Below, piece by piece: positions 57,564-64,000 of a stretch of DNA of 64,000 bases. Below the pieces are notes generated by a model, which saw only the letters and a program-made list of their open reading frames with translations, ran no database searches and was not told where the DNA came from. Source of the DNA: Tubiluchus corallicola (Eukaryota > Animalia > Priapulida); contig JAQGDQ010000380.1 in the NCBI GenBank assembly GCA_030141605.1, forward strand, positions 124,001 through 188,000. Reading direction: 5' to 3'. The stretch's first letter is position 1; each line of letters begins with the position of its first letter. A program made the translations under genes and the position numbers.

Positions 57564-60500
57564 GCTGAAATGGACATTTGCCAGTTTTGTTAAAGAACAA
57601 AATATAAGTCGCATCATAATAACGATAGATAATACTGAGTTTTCATTGAGTTTTAAAGACAAATTGAAGCAGTCGAGCCCCCCAAAAATGGCAATTTTTT
57701 CTAAATGTCACAGCCTTAGTAGTTTCACACCTGTAACCGCATCTGTTAAGTAAAAACTAGTGCACAGTAGCTTGCGAAGTGACGATGTAATTAAAATGCT
57801 AAAGCTCAAAAAATGAAATATGGTAACGCCTAGCTCCTAGAATAACATCTCAATTTTTCAACATTAATCACTTAAAAAATTATCTAAATTAATCTAAATG
57901 AATTACTATTCACCCGCAAAATGCTGTAGGCTGCTTGGTCATTTCTCCCTTAACAAAACAGAGATTTATGCTTTCATATTTGCATTTCCGACTTGAGGAA
58001 ATTTAGAAGTTGTAACATAAATGGTAAAATGTCTCTAGCTCTGTAAGTAATTTTCAATTAATTTAATTATTTAATTCTTAAGTAATTAATCAACGAAGAA
58101 GTAATTAATGAAAACCACTTGCTGTTTTTCGAGTTATTTTACTTTCTTTTGTAAGAAGAAGTTTGCTAACGTGTACATCTGATCTCTGGAGCTAATGTAA
58201 CTCATATACTTTCAGGCAACAAAATTATCTGTGACTGCAACTTACTGTACGTCAAGAACAATGCGATGATTGTTCCATGGGGCACATGTGATGAACCAGA
58301 GGAACTCAGTAACTTTCCAATTGATTATGTTCCGAAGGCACTCTTCGAGTGTTCAGACGTATATCCACCAATTTGTAAGTTTTTATATGTCAATAGATAG
58401 TTACATTAAAATTACTGATCAGCTAATAAAAAAGACGAAGTTTTTTTGTCTATAAATACATACGCCATACTACTTTTTAGCAGGTGATTAGTCTTCTTGT
58501 CTATAAATACATGTAGCATACTACTTTTTAGCAGGTGATTAGTCTTCTTGCTTCTTGTCTATAAATACATGTATCATACTACTTTTTTAGCTAGTCACCA
58601 TTCTTCTTGTCTACAAACACATGTAGCATACTACTCATTTTAGCTGGTGACCAATGTGATCTGGTGATAACAACGCCTACAATACCAACTTCACCAGCTA
58701 CTGGGCCCACAACGACTACACTGCCTCCGGGCCAATGTCCACCCGACTACCTGCTGCTGCCTTGTACATGTACAGAGCTAACAGGAACGCAACAAGTCAA
58801 TTTTACGTAAGTGGTTTTATTGCGACATAAAAAAATACGTCGTCGTAGTCACCGTCATCGTCATCATCACCACCATCATCATCGTTGTTGTCGTCACCGT
58901 CATCGTCGTCGTCATCATCATCGTCATCACTGTAGCCTGTCATTTTTATACAAATAATACAAACATGCTGTCATTGACGCATTAGTGTCATTTATTTATG
59001 AAGTTCTAGAAATGAGCTGAACAGAAAAATCTCGATCGAAATGATGTTAGCGCCAAAAACGTAAAACCGGACCCAATCTTAAACTGTAGTTCAAAACAAT
59101 CTACTCTTTAAAATATTGAAAGGAAACATACCATTTCTTCAAAAATAACTTACGTGAAAGAATTATTACCACACAAACATAATTTCACGTTCGTGCCACT
59201 AGTTATTCGCTGTTACACGCATTTCGCCATTCGATAGTTAGACGGGCACTAGCGCCTGCATTTCGGAAACACATTGCACAAAAAACAGGTGCTGTGCCTC
59301 TCAGTTCAGATGTGTTAGTTTCTGACAAAGTATACACGTTCGACAGCTCGCGCATGAGCACAGTGGTAAACTTGAAATTTGCTGTCTTATCTTAATCTTA
59401 ATCTTAAAACTTTTATCTTAAATCTTGCAAAGTTTCAGCACAACACACTGAATATCTTACAGTAGCACTGCACTTCAATTTTCACTTTCTCAAACACGTG
59501 CAACACGCTCGTGAAATACTTTTGCTGTTGAAAATTATGTTAGTTTGTGATGTCGTCAATAGTTTGGTTCGCCCGCCGTTAATTAAGTTTTTAATCTATT
59601 ATTTAATTATCAGAAACGCTTTTGCAGTATTAATTGTGTTAAAATGTATACTTTTCATCGGACTTGAAATTGTAGTAACATACGAAAAATTGTCCTGTTT
59701 TCCTTTTAAGCAAATGCCACGCGTTTATCTAACACTATGACGTTTGTTCAATCTATACATTTGCATTTATAAAGGTGTGAAGGAATTGAGATTGATCCAG
59801 GCGACATCTTTAGGGCTTTGCAGTACATAACATCACCAATCCTATACTTTGAAGTCAAACAAGGAATTTGGACAAATATAGACAGCTTTTTCTTCATCGG
59901 AAAAGAAATTAACACCGTGTGGATTCACGAAAGGTGACATGGTGTTTTCCTCATAAACTTGCTTTCAGTGACACTTACATCTCAAAAGCAATTTTCACAG
60001 TTGTTGCTAAATGATACTACAAATTGCAACACGTGTCGGTGCCCTAGAGCGCACTGCACATGCGAAACATAATGCATCTGTGATAAAATGCAAACGCTCG
60101 TTCTTGCGACGGACATTGAAAAAGTTTTTATCAATTAAAAGTGCTATAAAGCTAAAAACGTGTTCACCCAGACATCCGGAATGTGTTATGCGTAATGCGT
60201 ACCATTGGCATATAAAAATCTTATAGTCTGATAATCGCATGCATTGAAAACAGCGCAAAGAAATTTTTGCACAATAGCGCACAAACAATAACGCACAACG
60301 CATTCCATAGTATGGTAAACGCTGGTGAAAACCACACTTAGGTCGACTTGCGACGCAACGCAACTCGCCTCAACTGGCGGGAAACCAGGTCGACTGCGAC
60401 TGATCTCTAGCGACTAGGAACATACGAGTTCCAGCAACTTGCAACACTGCTCAGGCTGGCGATGACTGACTAACCCATAAGCATCAGCGAACAATACACA

Positions 60501-62791
60501 GGTTGCTACGATCAACCCATAAGCATCAGCGAACAATGCTCAGGCTGGCGACGACTGACCAACCCATGAGCATCAGCGAACAATGCACTTTGCTACGATC
60601 AACCCATAAGCATCAGCGAACAATGCTCAGGCTGGCGACGACTGACCAACCCATAAGCATCAGCGAACAATGCTCAGGCTGGCGACAACTGACCAACCCA
60701 TAAGCATCAGCGAACAATGCTTACGAACAATGCTCAGGTTGCTACAATCAACCCATAAGCATCAGCGAACAATGCTTACGAACAATGCTCAGGTTGCTAC
60801 AATCAACCCATAAGCATCAGCAAACAATGCTTAGGTTGCTACGATCAACCCATAAGCATCAGTGAACAATGCTCAGTTCGCTACGATCAACCCATAAGCA
60901 TCAGCGAACAATGCTCAGTTTGCTACGATCAACCCATAAGCATCAGCGAACAATGCTCAGGTTGCTACGATTAACCCATAAGCATCAGCGAACAATGCTC
61001 GAATTGCTACGATCAACCCATAAGCATCAGCGAACAATGCTCAGGTTGCTACGATCAATGGAACTGGGTGGATACCGTATGCCACGAGTAGAGCTTACTA
61101 ATGTCGAGTATGGCATGCGCAACTCGCTCGAAATGAGTTGCGTCGTAAGCTTACTAACGTATGCCACGAGCAGAGCATGCTCAACTTGCTCAAAATGAGT
61201 TGCGTCGTAAGCTTACTAACGTATACCACGAGTAGAGCATGCGCAACTCACTCGAAATGAGCTGCATCGTAAGCTTACTAATGTATGCCATGAGTAGAGC
61301 ATGCGCAACTCGCTCGAAATGAGCTGCGTCGTAAGCTTACTATCGTATACCACGAGTAGAGCATGCGCAACTCGCTCGAACTGAGCTGCGTCGTAAGCTT
61401 ACTATCGTATACCACGAGTAGAGCATGCGCAACTCGCTCGAACTGAGCTGCGTCGTAAGCTTACTAATGTCGAGTGAATGTATTCGAAATTAGCCGCGTA
61501 CCCTATGCCGCCGGTCGCCAAGTCTACAGTTGATCTCAGTTGCGTTCCGTCGCGCAGCTTGACCTAAACCTGCCTTAAAATTGTTCTGAATGACCGCAGG
61601 TCTGTGATGTAATTATATAATTAGATATCACACAAGCTGTTAGAGCAATCAAGTGTAGGAGATGCAAAGAAGTTCATAGTTGTTTAACATACCTGATTTT
61701 GCTCAGTAGCAAAGCAGAAGTTAAGACTTGTTCAGTTTCCTAGAACTGTTTCACACATGAAATGCTACTTATTTGCCTAATCAAAGATTGAGTCTTGAAG
61801 CATTTTACCATTTTTAGTAAATCAAATATCAAAGCAGAAGTTAAGACTTGTTCAGTTTCCTAGAACTGTTTCACACATGAAAGTCTACTTATTTGCCTAA
61901 TCAAAGATTGAGTCTTGAAGCATTTTACCATTTTTAGTAAATCAAATATCAAAGCAGAAGTTAAGACTTGTTCAGTTTCCTAGAACTGTTTCACACATGA
62001 AAGTCTACTTATTTGCCTAATCAAAGATTGAATCTTGAAGCATTTTACTATTTTTAGTAAATCAAATATCAAAGCTCCGTATATCAAAGCAGAAGTTAAG
62101 ACTTGTTCAGTTTCCTAGAACTGTTTCACACATGAAAGTCTACTTATTTGCCTAATCAAAGATTGAGTCTTGAAGCATTTTACCATTTTTAGTAAATCAA
62201 ATATCAAAGCAGAAGTTAAGACTTGTTCAGTTTCCTAGAACTGTTTCACACATGAAAGTCTACTTATTTGCCTAATCAAAGATTGAATCTTGAAGCATTT
62301 TACTATTTTTAGTAAATCAAATATCAAAGCTCCATATATCAAAGCAGAAGTTAAGATTTGTTCAGTTTCCTAGAACTGTTTCTCACATGAAAGTCTACTT
62401 ATTTGCCTAATCAAAGATTGAATCTTGAAGCATTTTACCATTTTTAGTAAATCAAATATCAAAGCTCCATATATCAAAGCAAAAGTTAAGACTTGTTCAG
62501 TTTCCCAGAACTGTTTCTCACATGAAAGTCTAACTACTTATTTGCCTAATCAAAGATTGAATCTGAAATAATTTACTATTTTTCAGTCGTGTTCAGGAAA
62601 TTTCGATAAACGCGTTCAGTGGTCTCAGTGGTTTAAAAAACCTTTGGCTGGAAAGGAATATAATAAGTGCAGTTCCTGCAGTGGCTCTATCACCACTAAC
62701 GGAAATAAGTCATCTAGACCTCTCCGGAAACAACATCCAGCAAATTATTTCAACAGATTTTGGATTTTTCCCAGAAAATAATGATCTGCAG
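18690..62791 (+). CDS. Giant multi-module extracellular leucine-rich-repeat protein (chaoptin/Slit-type LRR domains), 3' end beyond the window
   Basis: 22 exons with consistent intron phases total 10575 nt (3525 aa): 18690-18904, 23821-24049, 26897-27089, 28393-28595, 29371-29534, 31347-31487, 33580-33698, 35357-35570, 36571-36753, 38040-38202, 39955-40081, 42255-42454, 45073-45285, 46801-47710, 48077-50755, 51150-51726, 52339-53114, 54108-56690, 58216-58374, 58644-58806, 59775-59933, 62587-62791. N-terminal signal peptide, LxxLxLxxNxL repeats, CP..PCxC caps and NPxxCDC caps. Confidence 0.92.
19530..20200. repeat. Compound (AAC/AGC/AAGAAC)n microsatellite with higher-order blocks
   Basis: Source of the poly-Thr, poly-Cys and poly-Leu ORFs; abuts a minus-strand SINE fragment at about 20205-20310. 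Confidence 0.95.
20727..23765. repeat. 102-bp satellite, about 30 copies
   Basis: Unit GAGTTTAACTTTGCTTGRWGGAATGCTCGTGTCATTTGGTATAACTTAGGAATCATCTAAGATGCCTAAACAGATACAWACAAACTTGTTTATAYGTATCTA. Confidence 0.97.
23821..24049 (+). CDS. LRR gene exon 2
   Basis: TTCCAG|...AAG|GTAAAT; LRKLDLSGNEF, LEYLDLSSNRI. Confidence 0.9.
25962..26020 (+). pseudogene. tRNA-derived fragment (tRNA-Ile-like pseudogene or SINE head)
   Basis: GGCCGGTTAGCTCATTTGGTT...AAGGTCGTGGGTTCGACACCCGCAC has A and B boxes; the anticodon arm is missing. Confidence 0.65.
26214..26813 (+). mobile_element. 5S rRNA-containing dispersed element, copy 2 (5S part internally deleted)
   Basis: Same leader and body as copy 1; 5S remnant at about 26308-26389 lacks roughly 38 nt including box A. 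Confidence 0.8.
26897..27089 (+). CDS. LRR gene exon 3
   Basis: TTTCAG|ATG...G|GTATGA; LKQLNLASNGIEYMCKG, LETLDLGNNRL. Confidence 0.9.
27890..28185. repeat. (AAC/AGC)n microsatellite
   Basis: Visible trinucleotide runs. Confidence 0.92.
28393..28595 (+). CDS. LRR gene exon 4 (LRRCT of module 1)
   Basis: TGTAG|GT...CCA|GTAAGT; GNLIECDCNLKW... Confidence 0.88.
28637..29310. mobile_element. TTAA-flanked MITE, Kolobok-like family B (related copies at about 18955-19400, 30870-31327 and 43503-44000)
   Basis: TTAA-AATCACAAGAAA ... TTTCTTGTGCT-TTAA; copies share a TAGGYGCAGCCATTTT core or adjacent internal sequence. Confidence 0.65.
29371..29534 (+). CDS. LRR gene exon 5 (LRRNT of module 2)
   Basis: TTTCAG|ATA...AA|GTAAGT; IYDCPLNVQWGPCSCQETG... 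Confidence 0.88.
31347..31487 (+). CDS. LRR gene exon 6
   Basis: TCTAG|T...AG|GTAAGC; ARIRSIIPDAFAGAHIKHLRINWC...LEELDL. Confidence 0.88.
31444..33018 (+). repeat. 54-bp tandem array (about 29 copies) made from the exon 6 3' end plus its splice donor
   Basis: Unit GCATTCAATACCTTAGAAGATCACTTAGAGGAACTAGACTTGAG|GTAAGCAGAA; the first copy is coding. Confidence 0.97.
33580..33698 (+). CDS. LRR gene exon 7
   Basis: CTGTAG|C...G|GTAAAT; NNELKVVPTEAIRNLLQISVLDLSNNHL. Confidence 0.88.
35357..35570 (+). CDS. LRR gene exon 8
   Basis: TTTCAG|GT...AG|GTATGT; LKRLLLNDNFI, LEYLHLHNNWM. Confidence 0.9.
35671..36146. mobile_element. PIF/Harbinger-like MITE with internal short repeats; related short copy at about 53578-53760
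   Basis: TIRs GCGTTCAGATTAG / TAAGTCTGAACGC. Confidence 0.6.
36343..36570. repeat. 60-bp repeat (with about 29-bp subunits) running into the exon 9 acceptor
   Basis: TTTTACTACATAAGAACAATTTGT occurs three times; the last copy continues TTGCAG|exon. Confidence 0.85.
36571..36753 (+). CDS. LRR gene exon 9
   Basis: TTGCAG|G...AG|GTACAG; LDYLSLSDNELTDTGL. Confidence 0.9.
36775..37950. repeat. 26-bp minisatellite, about 45 copies, filling intron 9
   Basis: Unit AAGTAGTATGCTTTTAARCTAATGGA. Confidence 0.95.
38040..38202 (+). CDS. LRR gene exon 10
   Basis: TTGCAG|G...CAG|GTTTTA; MKYLDLSNNRIWEIP, LETLLINENIL. Confidence 0.87.
38240..38814. mobile_element. hAT-like MITE
   Basis: AGAGACGTAGCAAG / CTTGCTACGCCACTG termini; flanks TTAGAGTC and TTAGTGTT. 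Confidence 0.6.
39955..40081 (+). CDS. LRR gene exon 11
   Basis: TACAG|GTT...G|GTAAAG; VCRGAF...LKELQLRGNHL. Confidence 0.88.
40228..40680. repeat. About 103-bp tandem repeat, about 4.5 copies
   Basis: CTAGTCACTCTTTT...GTAGTTTGCTAACCGTGG recurs. Confidence 0.88.
40877..42161. repeat. 42-bp minisatellite, about 30 copies
   Basis: Unit CATTATACWGTGAAAATGAGTGATATCAGCTTATGGTGTGAT. Confidence 0.97.
42255..42454 (+). CDS. LRR gene exon 12 (LRRCT of module 2)
   Basis: GTGCAG|AG...GAG|GTTAGT; ENPIACDCN... Confidence 0.88.
42514..43369 (+). mobile_element. 5'-truncated LINE insertion with 17-bp TSD and an internal tandem repeat of about 65 bp
   Basis: TAAGTGCATGTGTGTGA at 42497-42513 and 43370-43386; LLKLLLFG.../KIFQCIHDFILRTKRF ORF2 tail; AATAAA and (AAACT)n 3' end. 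Confidence 0.8.
44160..44850. mobile_element. Tc1/mariner (pogo/Tigger-like) MITE
   Basis: TA-CAGTAAGTTCGGGCTTAACGAC ... GTTGTTAAGCGAGGACTTACTG-TA. Confidence 0.8.
45073..45285 (+). CDS. LRR gene exon 13 (LRRNT of module 3)
   Basis: TTTAG|ACA...CAG|GTATCT; WLCSMLPDVFPCTCED... Confidence 0.88.
46425..46760 (-). mobile_element. tRNA-derived SINE with (TTA/TCA/TTG)n tail; partial copy at about 20205-20310
   Basis: Minus strand GTCTAGTGGTAAC (A box), AGTTCAATAC (B box), then core CCGGGTCATAGCAAACACTTTAGAAAATGGT...CCTGCCTGGCAC. Confidence 0.65.
46801..47710 (+). CDS. LRR gene exon 14
   Basis: TTTTAG|GAT...G|GTACTG; ORF 46819..47847 contains about 12 LRRs. Confidence 0.93.
48077..50755 (+). CDS. 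LRR gene exon 15 (2679 nt, two modules)
   Basis: TTTCAG|GG...G|GTAAGA; matches ORF 48115..50859. Confidence 0.95.
51150..51726 (+). CDS. LRR gene exon 16
   Basis: TTTCAG|AA...AG|GTAAGG; ENPVDCDCN...YKCPDAGTIAPCTC. Confidence 0.92.
52339..53114 (+). CDS. LRR gene exon 17
   Basis: TTTCAG|G...G|GTATTT; matches ORF 52307..53134. Confidence 0.93.
54108..56690 (+). CDS. LRR gene exon 18 (2583 nt, two modules)
   Basis: TTACAG|GT...G|GTGAGT; matches ORF 54119..56707. Confidence 0.95.
56729..57561 (+). mobile_element. Second copy of the 93-bp-repeat element with (ATTG)n tail
   Basis: Colinear with 13641-14267. Confidence 0.8.
58216..58374 (+). CDS. LRR gene exon 19 (LRRCT of module 8)
   Basis: TTTCAG|GC...T|GTAAGT; GNKIICDCNLLY...WGTCDEP. 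Confidence 0.88.
58449..58655 (+). repeat. About 50-60-bp repeat, 4 copies, spanning the exon 20 acceptor
   Basis: TCTAYAAAYACAT...CATACTACT..TTTTAG|C(A/T)..TGA in each copy; the last copy is the coding junction. Confidence 0.85.
58644..58806 (+). CDS. LRR gene exon 20 (Pro/Thr linker plus LRRNT of module 9)
   Basis: TTTTAG|CT...AC|GTAAGT; ...TTPTIPTSPATGPTTTTLPPGQCPPDYLLLPCTC. Confidence 0.87.
59775..59933 (+). CDS. LRR gene exon 21
   Basis: TAAAG|G...AG|GTGACA; CEGIEIDPGDIFRALQYITSPILYFEVK..., phases fit both neighbours. Confidence 0.8.
60315..61578. mobile_element. TIR element (Harbinger-like MITE) carrying internal 39-bp and about 60-bp tandem repeats
   Basis: TTAGGTCGACTTGCGACGCAACGCAACT near 60339 is inverted relative to AGTTGCGTTCCGTCGCGCAGCTTGACCTAA near 61538. 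Confidence 0.65.
61709..62586 (+). repeat. 120-135-bp tandem repeat, about 7 copies, ending in the exon 22 acceptor
   Basis: Each unit has GAATCTTGAAGCATTTTACYATTTTTAG; the last reads GAATCTGAAATAATTTACTATTTTTCAG|exon. Confidence 0.92.
62587..62791 (+). CDS. LRR gene exon 22 (last visible)
   Basis: TTTCAG|T...CAG|GTATGG; LKNLWLERNNISAVP, ISHLDLSGNNI. Confidence 0.9.
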
Positions 62792-63109
62792 GTATGGTCA
62801 GAAGCATGGATTACGTTTTTTTTACTAATTAAGATGATTTGTAACTATTACAATCTCTTCAGTATATAACTAATGTTTCAAATGAAATCTTGTTAAAACT
62901 GAAGCTGATTAACGAGCCATGGATAATTTTGCAGAAAGAACACGTGTGTCGAAAGAGAAAGGATTTGAAACACATACAGCCTGGCATTCCTGGATAAACG
63001 AAGCCTTTTTAACACCATATATTAACTTGGTTTAGATTTGTGAATTGTCATTCTAACCTGATGTCATTCTTGAGTAAGATCATCCAGGAAATGAAACTGC
63101 TTCTGAAAT

Positions 63110-64000
63110 TGCAATATTCTGCCGAACTACATTGCTTCTGCAACCGCAGTACTCTGACGATACTACATTGCTTCTGCAATCGCAGTACTCTGACAATAAT
63201 ACATTGCTTCTGCAACCGCAGTACTCTGACAATAATACATTGCTTCTGCAACCGCAGTACTCTGACGATACTACATTGCTTCTGCAATCGCAATATTCTG
63301 CCGATACTACATTGCTTCTGCAACCGCAGTACTCTGACAGTAATACATTGCTTCTGCAACCGCAGTACTCTGACAATAATACATTGCTTCTGCAACCGCA
63401 GTACTCTGACAGTAATACATTGCTTCTGCAACCGCAGTACTCTGACGATACTACATTGCTTCTGCAATCGCAATATTCTGCCGAACTACATTGCTTCTGC
63501 AACCGCAGTACTCTGACGATACTACATTGCTTCTGCAACCGCAGTACTCTGACGATACTACATTGCTTCTGCAACCGCAGTACTCTGACGATACTACATT
63601 GCTTCTGCAACCGCAGTACTCTGACGATACTACATTGCTTCTGCAACCGCAGTACTCTGACGATACTACATTGCTTCTGCAACCGCAGTACTCTGACGAT
63701 ACTACATTGCTTCTGCAACCGCAGTACTCTGACGATACTACATTGCTTCTGCAACCGCAGTACTCTGACGATACTACATTGCTTCTGCAACCGCAGTACT
63801 CTGACGATACTACATTGCTTCTGCAACCGCAGTACTCTGACGATACTACATTGCTTCTGCAACCGCAGTACTCTGACAATACATTGCTTCTGCAACCGCT
63901 GTACTCTGACGATACTACATTGCTTCTGCAACCGCAGTATTCTGACAATAATACATTGCTTCTGCAACTGCAGTACTCTGACAATACTACATTGCTTCTG
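63110..64000. repeat. 36-bp minisatellite, about 25 copies, running off the window end
   Basis: Unit TACATTGCTTCTGCAACCGCAGTACTCTGACGATAC. Confidence 0.97.

Noticed and set aside
63040-63984. Cys-rich repeat ORFs on both strands
   Set aside because: 36-bp minisatellite open in several frames, with no domain signature.

Overview
AT-rich, intron-rich and repeat-rich genomic DNA from an invertebrate animal; it is not prokaryotic. Two spliced genes can be rebuilt by hand. (1) On the minus strand, a gene made of calcium-binding EGF repeats (Notch/fibropellin type): 7 exons between 16522 and 1391, all introns phase 1, 14 EGF domains. Its first exon and final exon are not evident. (2) On the plus strand, a very large secreted or cell-surface LRR gene starting at ATG 18690 with a signal peptide: 22 GT-AG exons with consistent phases, about 3525 aa up to 62791 and still open at the window end. 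It is built from at least 9 tandem modules of LRRNT, about 13 LRRs, LRRCT, an extra Cys cap and a Pro/Thr linker. Introns are full of mini/microsatellites, MITEs (piggyBac-, hAT-, Tc1/mariner-, Harbinger- and Kolobok-like), LINE 3' remnants and SINEs. The most unusual points are the bead-on-a-string LRR architecture with frame-preserving multi-module exons, tandem arrays that amplify real splice sites (about 29 copies of one donor, plus several acceptor arrays), a dispersed 5S rRNA-containing element that also carries its upstream flank, and the unresolved divergent or nested arrangement of the EGF and LRR genes. Exon coordinates were read by eye; family assignments come from motif recognition, not database searches.
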